From NCBI GenBank assembly GCA_964632435.1, contig CAZWEJ010000002.1:1-58852 (forward strand): DNA of 58,852 nt, given 5' to 3'. A program made the position numbers and the translations under genes. This DNA is from an uncultured Candidatus Saccharimonadales bacterium. GTDB taxonomy: Bacteria > Patescibacteriota > Saccharimonadia > UBA4664 > SCTI01. Below the pieces are notes generated by a model that made no database searches, had not been told where the DNA came from, and saw only the letters and a list, made by a program, of their open reading frames with translations. Shown in pieces: positions 27,528 through 37,014 of this stretch (position 1 is its first letter; every line of letters begins with the position of its first letter).

Positions 27528-28450
27528 TCTTTTTTAGCCTCAACTACCAAAATGTAGCCTTTTCCGAATACGTTCAAAATGATATCCATTGGCGAAAGTG
27601 CTACCACAAAAATTGTTTCAATAATTGATGGAAGTTTGATGCTAAGTTTTTGTCTTAAAAAGATTACTATTGAGTAAGAAAATCCAGAGAATCCCGTTGT
27701 CTTAAGTTTTTCTATTTTGAATCCATTTATCTCTAGCATCTTACTTAGAGTTGTCGGCGTAAAATGATATAGGTGCGTGGGTAGCTGTAGACCGCAGAAA
27801 TACTCTTTGAAAAGTTTTCTAGCAGGCGAATCAAAGTTCGGAACCCCAATTACTATTCGTCCACCATTTCTTAATAAAGCATTGCTATACTGTAATGTCT
27901 CATACGGGTTATAGAGATGCTCTAAAACGTGACTAAGTCTTACTAGATCAAAGTCTGACGGCAGCTTTTCTTTAGTGATATCATTTGTAACTAAGGCTTT
28001 TATCCCTTTTGCTTCTAGTCTTGGCTTACTTTTTTCATCTATTTCAGAACCATACAGCTCTTCAAAACCGAGGTCCTTGAGCTCAAGAAGTGCATGCCCG
28101 TCGCCACACCCAATGTCCAGCACCCTGGACTCCCCGTCCGTAGCAAAAACATAAAGATCATTTAGGAGCATTCCTTTGCTCATGTTTTTTGGTAACGACA
28201 GCTTTATGGAGTGAATCAGCTTCTTAATCTTGAAGAAGATATTTGTTTCTGTCTCGTAGGCATAATAATTACTTGAGTAATACCTAGCCATATCATTTTT
28301 TTCGGGTTTATTCGATATTTCCTCTAATCCGCACTCTTTGCACCTCCATACCTCATATACTTTTTTATCTACGTTATAAAGATTGTCCCAATGAGAAATT
28401 GTGAGGGAGTGAGGAGTTGTCTTCCTGCATAAATTACAATTGAATTTCAT
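27524..28450 (-). CDS. SAM-dependent methyltransferase with N-terminal Cys4 zinc ribbon
   Basis: CNLC...CKEC pairs. Motif I VLDIGCGDGHALL. Confidence 0.8.
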   Translation of the reverse strand: MKFNCNLCRKTTPHSLTISHWDNLYNVDKKVYEVWRCKECGLEEISNKPEKNDMARYYSSNYYAYETETNIFFKIKKLIHSIKLSLPKNMSKGMLLNDLYVFATDGESRVLDIGCGDGHALLELKDLGFEELYGSEIDEKSKPRLEAKGIKALVTNDITKEKLPSDFDLVRLSHVLEHLYNPYETLQYSNALLRNGGRIVIGVPNFDSPARKLFKEYFCGLQLPTHLYHFTPTTLSKMLEINGFKIEKLKTTGFSGFSYSIVIFLRQKLSIKLPSIIETIFVVALSPMDIILNVFGKGYILVVEAKKE

Positions 28451-28480
28451 ATACTACCTGATTAATAGCAAAACCGATAT

Positions 28481-30589
28481 ATGTATAATAACTTAAGGGT
28501 AATGAATTTGTTCACTTCTATTAAACCGGCTTACCGGAAATTTTTTCTTCATCTAGTTTCGCTGTCAGTTATTGTTGCATATGCATTAATAGTAACTGCG
28601 CCTGCTTTACAGAATTGCTCAACAACAATTCTGGGGGCTCCGGGCGACGGAACTTCTGGTGGAATATGGAGTATATGGCAATATCACACACTTGACTCTC
28701 CCCCATGGGCAAGCCAAACCCCCTACCTAAGCGCTCCATATGGTGAATCTCTTTGGAACCCTGTTTATGTTTCCTTTATCTTTAACCTGATAGCAATGTG
28801 GTTGCTGGGTACTATGGTAAATGCGGTATGCGCTTGGAACTTATGGGTACTTTTTGGGTTTATACTTTCAGGGTTTATCGCATATGGATTCGGTTATTGG
28901 CTTTTAAGAAAGCACCTATTAGCGTTATTCATTGGTTTTGGGTATGCATTCTCCCCCTACCATATCGAAAAGGCAACCGGACACATAAATTATCTTCATT
29001 CTTGGCCACTCATTCTTTCTTTGTGGGCATTATTTGTTCTCTATAAGAAGCCCTCGACGATAAGAGCAATTCTGTTTGGTGCTAGCGTATCACTCCTTGC
29101 CTACACAGATGGGTACTATATTCTGATAGGGCCGATAATGCTTATATCTGCACTCACCCCAATGATCTACCTAATAATCAAAAGGGGCAAAATTAAGGAA
29201 TACGTTAAGCCAATAATCTTCTCTTTTTTGAGTGCACTGATTTTTGTTCTTCCTTTTGTATATGTATATGCATCTTCAAAATCCGCGACAGAGCAATTTC
29301 TGGGCGCATCTAGGCCTAATATGTACAACCAGCTCATTGTATGGGCAAACAGATTACCGGAAATCGTAATTCCACCGATTCACCATACTTTTCTCGGAGG
29401 CATTGCATCACAATACTGGAAGTATTTTGACCATGGCTCAAATCCCTCAGAACAAACGATATACCTTGGTTTAGTCGTAATTCTTTTGTCAGGTCTATCA
29501 ATCTTTGCACTTCTGAGAAAAAGGATAACTGATATAAGGAAAGAAGGTATATTCATATTTACCTGTATTGCTCTTACGACTTTTGTTATTAGCATACTCC
29601 CCTCAATCGGAATTGATATTAACGGTCGCGCCATATACCCATTTGCAAAAATATTTGGGGTGCAGGAGATATGGAGGGTATTCGCGAGATTTTACTTGGT
29701 ATTTCAGTTTGCATTCTTAGTGTTGGCAGCTTATGGAATTAAGATACTTTCAAAAAAATATCGAGCAAGAGAGCATATTGTGGCCATTGTGGGTTTAATA
29801 ATCCTCGCAATTGAATATCTTATGATTCCAGTTGCATCATGGAATTACAGCCAAGCTCCTAGGGTATATGACTACGTTAAGAACACTCCATCAGACATAG
29901 TAGCCGAATATCCACTCAACACACCCCCAGATGGTTACTCATTAGGTTACATGACATATCAATATATCCATGGTAAAAAGTTATTCAATTCTGGATTGCC
30001 AAATGGCACGAACTCCGATCTATATCCAGTTCTGGACGATCTAACCAATCCCAACACATCTGCAATTCTATCCAGGCTTGGTGTAGATTACATAATTCTT
30101 CATCCGGATATACCAAACACTACGAATACTCATTTTAACGACACCTATCCTGGCCTAGATAAGGTTTATGTCGCAGGGCAAGACATTGTTTACAAAGTTA
30201 ATTCCAGCCAACCAAAAACCATACTTATGGAAACTGATGGCTTCTATAAGCCCGAAAAAGAAAAAGGCGAAGAATTTTCATGGATGGGAGAAGATGGAGA
30301 GCTTAAGATACTTTCATTTTCTGAAGCTTCAGAAAAATATAATGTCACATTTAAAGTTCAATCATTTGGTTTTGAAAGAACGCTTTCCGTTGTTCAAGAC
30401 GGTAAGGTATTGGGGGTTGTAAAGACAAATACCGATACAGACTACGAAAAAATTAGCGTTTCTACCAACTCTAAAAGCCCTATTCATATCTTTACAGACA
30501 AGCCAGCCGTGATGGCGCCCAAGCCGGATTCGAGACTTTTATCTTTAAGGGTTATTGATTTGGCTTTCCAAGCGATTCCCGCTAACTGA
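28481..30589 (+). CDS. Large polytopic membrane protein, possible GT-C type glycosyltransferase/polymerase
   Basis: 702 aa: about 12 or more TM helices followed by a soluble C-terminal domain of about 250 aa. The family assignment is tentative. Confidence 0.5.
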   Translation: MYNNLRVMNLFTSIKPAYRKFFLHLVSLSVIVAYALIVTAPALQNCSTTILGAPGDGTSGGIWSIWQYHTLDSPPWASQTPYLSAPYGESLWNPVYVSFIFNLIAMWLLGTMVNAVCAWNLWVLFGFILSGFIAYGFGYWLLRKHLLALFIGFGYAFSPYHIEKATGHINYLHSWPLILSLWALFVLYKKPSTIRAILFGASVSLLAYTDGYYILIGPIMLISALTPMIYLIIKRGKIKEYVKPIIFSFLSALIFVLPFVYVYASSKSATEQFLGASRPNMYNQLIVWANRLPEIVIPPIHHTFLGGIASQYWKYFDHGSNPSEQTIYLGLVVILLSGLSIFALLRKRITDIRKEGIFIFTCIALTTFVISILPSIGIDINGRAIYPFAKIFGVQEIWRVFARFYLVFQFAFLVLAAYGIKILSKKYRAREHIVAIVGLIILAIEYLMIPVASWNYSQAPRVYDYVKNTPSDIVAEYPLNTPPDGYSLGYMTYQYIHGKKLFNSGLPNGTNSDLYPVLDDLTNPNTSAILSRLGVDYIILHPDIPNTTNTHFNDTYPGLDKVYVAGQDIVYKVNSSQPKTILMETDGFYKPEKEKGEEFSWMGEDGELKILSFSEASEKYNVTFKVQSFGFERTLSVVQDGKVLGVVKTNTDTDYEKISVSTNSKSPIHIFTDKPAVMAPKPDSRLLSLRVIDLAFQAIPAN

Positions 30590-31453
30590 TTCCTCTGTTG
30601 GCGCAAATCCGGAAAATAAGCTTTTCTTTCTGAGCCCGTTATTTATAAGAAAGAAGTCTTGGCATGCAACTTTGCCATTGATCATTAAAGGTCTCCCGAT
30701 TTGACTTATCATAAATCCCTTATCAAGATCATATATTTGCGAAAGTAGTTCTAAATTTGCTGAGTCGCCGCTCCTGCCAATACTTAATTCAAACAATATT
30801 GCCTCGGTTCTCGGGAGTAAATCCTTTGCTCCCTCAAAAACCTCTTTTTCAAACCCCTCAACATCTATTTTAAGCAGCCCTATCCTTGATAAATCCTTGC
30901 CGTATTCATTTAGAGTCACAATACTAATGGGCTTTATTGAAACAGCCGTCTCCTCTGCCCCATCCCAAGGCATGAAAGACGACATTAAAGAAATCTCGTT
31001 AACATAGAATGGCAAAATTCCTTTTTCGGCCCCTACTCCAACATTATTGAGTTCTACATTTTCGAACTGGCTCAAATTTGTTTCTAGGGCTTTGTATACT
31101 ATCGGGTCTGGCTCAAAACAATGCACTATGGCATCTGGCCAAAATATTTTTATCGCACAGGCGAACTGCCCTACATTACTGCCAACATCTATTACGATTT
31201 TACCGTTATAGTCTTCACCCTTAATTACTAACTCCGAATATGTGTCAATGATACTTGACTGAAGTGTGCCGATGTCAGAAAGGTTCCTAGTGTTAAATCG
31301 GACCTTGGCAATGTTTAAATACGACTCTTTTCCAAAAAGATTAGGAATCAAGGCGAGATACTTTGTGGTAATAAAGACAAACTTCCACCAAATTCCTATT
31401 TTCTTAAGCTTAAGAAACCCTACATCAAGTGCGATAGATTTTAGTAACAACAA
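30545..31453 (-). CDS. FkbM family methyltransferase
   Basis: VIDVGSNVGQFA motif. Its 3' end overlaps the convergent gene by 45 nt. Confidence 0.7.
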   Translation of the reverse strand: MLLLKSIALDVGFLKLKKIGIWWKFVFITTKYLALIPNLFGKESYLNIAKVRFNTRNLSDIGTLQSSIIDTYSELVIKGEDYNGKIVIDVGSNVGQFACAIKIFWPDAIVHCFEPDPIVYKALETNLSQFENVELNNVGVGAEKGILPFYVNEISLMSSFMPWDGAEETAVSIKPISIVTLNEYGKDLSRIGLLKIDVEGFEKEVFEGAKDLLPRTEAILFELSIGRSGDSANLELLSQIYDLDKGFMISQIGRPLMINGKVACQDFFLINNGLRKKSLFSGFAPTEESVSGNRLESQINNP

Positions 31454-31500
31454 ATTTCCCCTATTTGTAGTTACTATAAGCTTTTTCGAGTAGAATTAAA

Positions 31501-32622
31501 ATGTCTTTCCAGGAGAAGAATTTGAAGATTGCAATTGATGCCAGAATATTATCGCTCAGCACGGGCAGATATGTTCGACAACTTTTGGAAAAGTTGCAAG
31601 AAGTAGATAAAAAAAATGAATATCTGGTTCTTCTAAAGAGATCAGATATCAATAAGTGGGATTCGAAATCTGATAATTTCTCTAAAGTAGTTTCGGACTA
31701 CTCAATCTACTCCATATCTGAACAGCTAGCTTTTTGTATCCAGCTATATAAGCTCAATGTGGATTTGGTCCACTTCACTATGCCTCAACACCCCATTTTT
31801 TATTTGAGGAAATTTGTTGTGACCATCCACGACCTAACACTACTCACTCATAAGCCACTTCGTAGTTCTAATCCATTAAGTGAATTATATTCAAACTTCG
31901 TAAAACCCGCTGTTTTTAGGCTTGTTTTGAGTTCAGCTATAAAAAAATCAGATTTAATTATTACCCCTTCTCTTTATGTTAAAAACGAAATAATTAAAAG
32001 GTTTGGAACGTATAGCAAAAAAGTAACTGTTACATATGAAGCTGCTGATCGGCTGGGGGTTATAGGCGAGCCTTTTGAGAATCTCGTGCAAGAAAAATAC
32101 ATTTTAGCCGTAGGAAATGCTTACCCCCATAAAAATTTAAAAAAACTAGTTAGAGCGATGGATACAGATTCTTTAAAAATGAAAACTCTTGTTATCTCCG
32201 GTAAGGAAGATTCATTTTATAAACAACTTAGAGATTACGCCAATAGAAAAAGAATTACCAACGTTGTCTTCACTGGCTACGTTTCCGATGGACAGCTTGA
32301 GTGGCTCTACCAAAACGCCTCCCTTTACGTCTTCCCTTCGCTCTCCGAGGGATTTGGCCTACCTGGGCTTGAGGCAATGAGTTATGGCACCCCAGTAGCT
32401 TCATCAAACGCCACTTGTCTCCCTGAAGTCTACGGCGACGCTGCGGTTTATTTCGACCCAACCAGCGTTGAAGATATGGCTCGGGTAATCTCCGAAACAC
32501 TCAGCGATAAAGAGCTCCTAGCAAAGCTCCGAAAAGCAGGGCCAGAACACGCCAAAAAATTCTCTTGGAAGAAAATGGCCGAAGAGACTCTAGAGGTCTA
32601 CCAAAAAGCCCTTAAGCGCTAG
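31501..32622 (+). CDS. Glycosyltransferase family 4
   Basis: FPSLSEGFGLPGLEAMSYGTPVASSN signature. Confidence 0.85.
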   Translation: MSFQEKNLKIAIDARILSLSTGRYVRQLLEKLQEVDKKNEYLVLLKRSDINKWDSKSDNFSKVVSDYSIYSISEQLAFCIQLYKLNVDLVHFTMPQHPIFYLRKFVVTIHDLTLLTHKPLRSSNPLSELYSNFVKPAVFRLVLSSAIKKSDLIITPSLYVKNEIIKRFGTYSKKVTVTYEAADRLGVIGEPFENLVQEKYILAVGNAYPHKNLKKLVRAMDTDSLKMKTLVISGKEDSFYKQLRDYANRKRITNVVFTGYVSDGQLEWLYQNASLYVFPSLSEGFGLPGLEAMSYGTPVASSNATCLPEVYGDAAVYFDPTSVEDMARVISETLSDKELLAKLRKAGPEHAKKFSWKKMAEETLEVYQKALKR

Positions 32623-32695
32623 TCCGCCAACCTTACAAAAATCACAAAAAGTTAAGTGCGAGGTCAGCCGAAGCCAACCCCGCACCATTAACCGA

Positions 32696-33475
32696 CTACT
32701 TTCTGCCCGGCCACTCCGGATTTGCCGGAGCCCAGCCAAGATACTGGCCGAAACTCCTATTAGCATCAGTCACAAAAACCTTCGGTCCGGTCGAAATAAA
32801 TCGCCCATCCCCAAGGCTGAGCATTACATGCCCGGCCCAGTTGTTCAAAAAGAACGCCAGACCACCCGCTGGTACATTTCGATCGCCAACGCGAGCTAGT
32901 CCACGAGCCAGCAGATCCTGCCAGTGGATGTATGCCGTGGCGTAACCGCTGTTGATCATTCCGTAAGCATTCGCAACAAAACGATCACACCAATTGTTCC
33001 ACGGCTTACCGTCAAACTGATGCGACCTACCGACCTGCTGCCAGGCCCAATCAACAGCTCGCTTCTCCCTGTTCCCAGCGACAGCTTGATCACACTGAGG
33101 AATACCAGGCGAAAAACCATTAAAAACCGGGGTAGAAACATAATAATCAGTCACCCAACCACCATCACTGAGACGGTTCCAGATAGTTGTACCCCTAATC
33201 TTCATCCCCGGCTGTTGGCAGGCAATATCGACTTGCGTGCCACGATTGATCCAGCCCAGTCGCCTAAAATTGGTCCCGGGTCCGTTCCTTTTTGCAACGC
33301 GAGCGATGCCGACAATCTTGTAACCGCTAACTGATGACTGAGCCTTCACCACGGTTGCCGCCTTGGCGCCTTCAACCAGCTCAATGCGAGGCAGCTTAAC
33401 TCCAGCCGTGTGCAGCAAAGAGATGATCACAATAACCGCAAACGCCCTAACGGCGATCACATACAGCATGTACAT
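32696..33475 (-). CDS. Secreted SH3b plus NlpC/P60-like putative cell-wall hydrolase
   Basis: Signal anchor. SH3-like segment (RNGPGTNF...GWVTDYYV). Cys in NNWCDRFVANAYG and His in WAGHVMLSLGDG fit the papain-like C/H arrangement. Confidence 0.55.
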   Translation of the reverse strand: MYMLYVIAVRAFAVIVIISLLHTAGVKLPRIELVEGAKAATVVKAQSSVSGYKIVGIARVAKRNGPGTNFRRLGWINRGTQVDIACQQPGMKIRGTTIWNRLSDGGWVTDYYVSTPVFNGFSPGIPQCDQAVAGNREKRAVDWAWQQVGRSHQFDGKPWNNWCDRFVANAYGMINSGYATAYIHWQDLLARGLARVGDRNVPAGGLAFFLNNWAGHVMLSLGDGRFISTGPKVFVTDANRSFGQYLGWAPANPEWPGRK

Positions 33476-33496
33476 AGGTGCACCCCTTAGTTTGAG

Positions 33497-33523
33497 GAAA
33501 CAAAAAGCCCCAAATCAGGGGCT
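33497..33523 (-). terminator. Rho-independent terminator of the rpmH-rnpA-yidC-jag operon
   Basis: Minus strand reads AGCCCC-tgattt-GGGGCT followed by TTTTTGTTTCC, about 75 nt downstream of the jag stop. Confidence 0.65.
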
Positions 33524-33598
33524 TGTTTAAAAACTAACTTGTTGCGATTAAATAAGGATTAACTCGAACTCCAGATCCTGTCAGAACGCCGAAAAACC

Positions 33599-34054
33599 CT
33601 AGCCAGCTTTCTTAATAACCAGACGTCGCTGCCTTCCTTCTCCCCTGCTCTCGGTTTCAACATCTTCTCGCTCCGATAACAAAGCATGAATATGCCTTCT
33701 TTCAGCTGCGTTCATTGGCGGCAAAATAACCTCATGGCCGCTTTCAACAACGCGCTCGGCAATCTGCTCAGCTTTAGCGCCCAATCGCTCCATACGCGCC
33801 TCACGATAACCACCTACATCAATGTGTACATAAACTCGCTCAGTCGTCGCCCGTCGAATCATCATATTGACGATGTGCTGCAGTGATTGAAGAGTCTCGC
33901 CGCGATGTCCGATCAGCCGACCACTTAAATCAGATTCAACCGAAAGCTTAATCGTGTCACCCTCAGAATGAGCCTCAACGGTTGTATTAACTCCAAAAAA
34001 TGTTAGGAGGTCCTCAAGATACTTTTTTGCTTGATCGACGAGTTCTTGATTCAT
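33599..34054 (-). CDS. jag: Jag/KhpB-like RNA-binding protein (KH plus R3H)
   Basis: R3H motif region LPPMNAAERRHIHALL. Conserved position downstream of yidC. Confidence 0.85.
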   Translation of the reverse strand: MNQELVDQAKKYLEDLLTFFGVNTTVEAHSEGDTIKLSVESDLSGRLIGHRGETLQSLQHIVNMMIRRATTERVYVHIDVGGYREARMERLGAKAEQIAERVVESGHEVILPPMNAAERRHIHALLSEREDVETESRGEGRQRRLVIKKAG

Positions 34055-34063
34055 GGTGCCTCC

Positions 34064-34924
34064 CTACTTCTTCTTAGTCTTCTTCTTTGCGCCGCCTTTT
34101 GCTTTTGATCGATTAGCCTTAGACCCACCGGAACCGAGTGCATGAGTTTCAAGCTTCTTGCTGCTTTGAGCAACAACCTCTGCTGCCTCTTCTAGTTCTT
34201 CAGCATCTTGCCTCAAGACCAAGTGCTGCTGCAACGCCGCAATCAAACTAGTAACCATCCAGAAAAGTGCTAAAGCCGAAGGAAGTGTTAAGCCAATTAC
34301 AAACGTTAGAACGGGGAAAACGTAGATCATTCCCGACATCATCCTGGCAACATCAGCTTCCATACCCTGACCAGCTGGCTTATTCTTTGGCTGCATCATT
34401 TTTGCCTGGTAGAACTGAGCAAGTGCCGCTCCAAGCGCCAAAATAACGTTTGGTTGAGTTAGATTAACTACCCCAAAGAGGGTTGGACTAAAGGAAGAAG
34501 GGTTTACTATCGCCTGCTGAACAGCGGGAATGCTTTCAACAAACGGATAAGTAAGCTCCTTGATCATCTCAGGATGAACACTATCTCGAAACGCTATATA
34601 TAGCGCGAAGAATATAGGAAGCTGGATAAGAAGCGGAATAATAGGAGCAAAGGGGCTCGTGCCCTTTTCTTTGTACAGCTCCATGAGCATCTGCGTCTCT
34701 TTTTGACGGTCGCCCTTAGCCTCAGCTCGTACCCGTGCAACTTCCGGCGCCAGTTTTTGCATGGCTCGTTGAGAATGCAGCTGTTTTTTGACCAGCGGCC
34801 ACAACAGAATACGAACCAAGATAGTAAGCATTATTACGGCTACACCAAAGTCATGACCTGGCAGCAACCCGTAAAACAGGAACAAGATATTAAAAAGTGG
34901 TTCAACAAATATTGTCGTAAACAT
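34064..34924 (-). CDS. yidC: Membrane protein insertase YidC
   Basis: Short Gram-positive-type YidC with a lysine-rich C-terminal tail (KAKGGAKKKTKKK). Synteny with rnpA. Confidence 0.9.
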   Translation of the reverse strand: MFTTIFVEPLFNILFLFYGLLPGHDFGVAVIMLTILVRILLWPLVKKQLHSQRAMQKLAPEVARVRAEAKGDRQKETQMLMELYKEKGTSPFAPIIPLLIQLPIFFALYIAFRDSVHPEMIKELTYPFVESIPAVQQAIVNPSSFSPTLFGVVNLTQPNVILALGAALAQFYQAKMMQPKNKPAGQGMEADVARMMSGMIYVFPVLTFVIGLTLPSALALFWMVTSLIAALQQHLVLRQDAEELEEAAEVVAQSSKKLETHALGSGGSKANRSKAKGGAKKKTKKK

Positions 34925-35274
34925 TATTTCTTACCGTGAATTAAACCGGCACGCTCAATTGCCATCAAGACGCTCGACTTTAACTGAGCTGGTGTCAGGT
35001 GACTTACATCCTCGCGTACCGTTACTACTATATCGTATCCGGGCGTAACTGTCTTCCATTCCGCCTCGAGAATTCCGCTTACTCGGCGCCTCAAAGTGTT
35101 ACGCACAACCGCCTTTTTTGAGATTTTCTTACTCACGATTATGACGGCTCGGCTATTTGGCATTCCGTTTGAGGCCGTTTTAACCGAGATCTCTTTTGTT
35201 GATCCCCACTCTCCACGCTTAAAAACCCGCGAAATGTCGCGGGATTTCTTCAAGCGATACTCGGTCGCAAGCAT
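34924..35274 (-). CDS. rnpA: Ribonuclease P protein component
   Basis: Probable start MLATEYRLKKSRDISRVFK (the ORF-track N-terminal extension runs into rpmH). RNR-like motif VVRNTLRRR. Confidence 0.85.
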   Translation of the reverse strand: MLATEYRLKKSRDISRVFKRGEWGSTKEISVKTASNGMPNSRAVIIVSKKISKKAVVRNTLRRRVSGILEAEWKTVTPGYDIVVTVREDVSHLTPAQLKSSVLMAIERAGLIHGKK

Positions 35275-35278
35275 GATC

Positions 35279-35416
35279 TTAAATGGCGACGCGTTTGCGT
35301 CCCTTGAGTCTTCGTCGTTTAAGTACAGCTTGACCAGCACGAGAACTCATTCGCTTTAAAAAGCCATGTACTCGCTGTCGGCGCTTTTTCTTTGGTTGAT
35401 ACGTTCGCTTTGACAT
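35279..35416 (-). CDS. rpmH: 50S ribosomal protein L34 (absent from the ORF track because under 60 aa)
   Basis: Hand translation gives [45 protein letters not shown], the canonical L34 sequence and position. Confidence 0.92.
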   Translation of the reverse strand: MSKRTYQPKKKRRQRVHGFLKRMSSRAGQAVLKRRRLKGRKRVAI

Positions 35417-35536
35417 ACTCGTAGTAGCATAGCCGAAAATCCTTCAAGAGTCAATCTGGTGGGTTTGAGTAAAAAATATGTTTTTCCCCTACTTACACAC
35501 CTTTTTCCACTATTCTGTATCTTATAGTGTTGTACC

Positions 35537-35575
35537 TGTGGACAAAAAAGGATATAAAAATGTAGTTGTGGACAA
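35537..35575 (-). promoter_or_regulatory. Two identical DnaA boxes (TTGTCCACA, 8/9 to TTATCCACA) upstream of dnaA
   Basis: tgtggacaa at 35537-35545 and again at 35567-35575, spaced 30 bp apart. Confidence 0.55.
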
Positions 35576-35631
35576 CCCACGTTCACGGTTATGATTGATA
35601 CAAACGTAGTGGTAAATAACGGTGGAGGTTT

Positions 35632-37014
35632 ATGAACTCGCGAGAGTTGTGGCAAGCTGTCCTTGGTGAGGTTGAAGTTACATCCAGCCCGGCAGTGTTT
35701 AAAACTTGGTTCAAACCGACTTCGGTTCTGTCTCAAGAAGATGGACGAATTGTAATTGCGGTCCCAAGCACCTTTATTCGCGATGGCCTCAAAAAGAGAT
35801 ACCACGACAACATTAAAGAGATTATTGGGCGCATCAGTCCAAACATTAAAGAGATTGAGTATAAGATCTCGACCGATACCCGATTTTCAAACGTTCCCAC
35901 TCAAGAAACACTGGTTTCTCTGGGAGCTCCAACTATTCAGTCGGCCAAGCAGGCACCTACCTATGTAAGTAACCAGCTGGATACCCCCAAAACCACCCTC
36001 AACTCAAAGTACACACTCGATTCTTTTGTGGTTGGTCCAAGCAACGACCTAGCTTTCGCAGCCTGTCAGGCAGTGGCTGCTGCACCGGGCGTAAAATACA
36101 ATCCCCTCTTTATATATGGTGGCGTTGGGCTAGGTAAAACTCACCTAATGCAAGCTGTCGGTAACGCTATCCAAGCCAAAGATCCATCGAAGCAAGTTGC
36201 CTACATCACTAGCGAGCAGTTTACCCGTGAATTCCTAGACAGCATTCAGGCCGGTAAAAAAGGAAAGCAGTTCGCCGAGAAATATCGCAACCTCGACGTG
36301 CTAATAGTTGATGACATCCAGTTCCTCGGCAACAAAGAGCGCACTCAGGAAGAGTTCTTCCACACCTTTAATGCTCTTCACCAGGCCAACAAGCAGGTCA
36401 TTATGTCGAGCGATAAGCCACCAAAGGCAATTCCAAATCTTGAGGATCGCCTGCGTTCCCGCTTTGAATGGGGTATGGTTGCCGATATTCAAAAGCCTGA
36501 TCTAGAGACTCGCGCCGCCATAATCCAACAAAAAGCTAATAGTCGTGGTGTAAATCTTTCGATGGAAGTTGTAGAGTATCTGGCAAGGCAGTATCAAAAC
36601 AATATTCGCGAGCTTGAGGGTGCGCTCACGAGTATTCTGGGTCAGTCAGAGCTTAAGGCTAAGGAGCCTTCACTGGCATTTATTACCAGTCTGCTTGGCG
36701 CAAGTGCTCCTTCAAACCGTCGTAAACTACCTACGCCCAAGCTTATTATCGATAAAACATCGGCCTACTTTGATCTTCAACCTTCTGACATCATTGGACC
36801 GAGGCGCGATAAAGAGATTGTTGTTCCGAGGCAGATTGTAATGTATTTAATGCGTAATGAGCTCAATCTAAGCTATCCTAAGATCGCTCAGCACATTGGT
36901 GGACGAGATCATACAACAGCTATGCACTCTGTGCAAAAAATTGAAAAACTAATCGAGGTGGATGAGGAGATTCGCTACGAAGTGAATCAAGTCAAAGAGC
37001 GGATAACTCTGTGA
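35632..37014 (+). CDS. dnaA: Chromosomal replication initiator DnaA
   Basis: Walker A GGVGLGKTHLM, Walker B LIVDDIQF, and the C-terminal DNA-binding helix HIGGRDHTTAMHS. Confidence 0.97.
   Translation: MNSRELWQAVLGEVEVTSSPAVFKTWFKPTSVLSQEDGRIVIAVPSTFIRDGLKKRYHDNIKEIIGRISPNIKEIEYKISTDTRFSNVPTQETLVSLGAPTIQSAKQAPTYVSNQLDTPKTTLNSKYTLDSFVVGPSNDLAFAACQAVAAAPGVKYNPLFIYGGVGLGKTHLMQAVGNAIQAKDPSKQVAYITSEQFTREFLDSIQAGKKGKQFAEKYRNLDVLIVDDIQFLGNKERTQEEFFHTFNALHQANKQVIMSSDKPPKAIPNLEDRLRSRFEWGMVADIQKPDLETRAAIIQQKANSRGVNLSMEVVEYLARQYQNNIRELEGALTSILGQSELKAKEPSLAFITSLLGASAPSNRRKLPTPKLIIDKTSAYFDLQPSDIIGPRRDKEIVVPRQIVMYLMRNELNLSYPKIAQHIGGRDHTTAMHSVQKIEKLIEVDEEIRYEVNQVKERITL

Noticed and set aside
32656-32685. 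Imperfect hairpin GTGCGAGG...CCCCGCAC between convergent genes as a bidirectional terminator
   Set aside because: The stem has a mismatch and no U-tract follows on either strand. This is too weak to call.
32696-33475. SH3b-NlpC/P60 gene as a high-GC horizontal acquisition
   Set aside because: Hand counts of several lines gave about 45-58% GC. That is similar to the neighbouring core genes (jag, yidC, dnaA at about 50%). It only looks GC-rich next to the low-GC glycan island.
35356-35805. 149-aa minus-strand ORF from the track
   Set aside because: It overlaps rpmH in another frame, the DnaA-box region and the dnaA start. The sequence is low-complexity and Cys/Phe-rich with no RBS. It is an artefact of the open frame.
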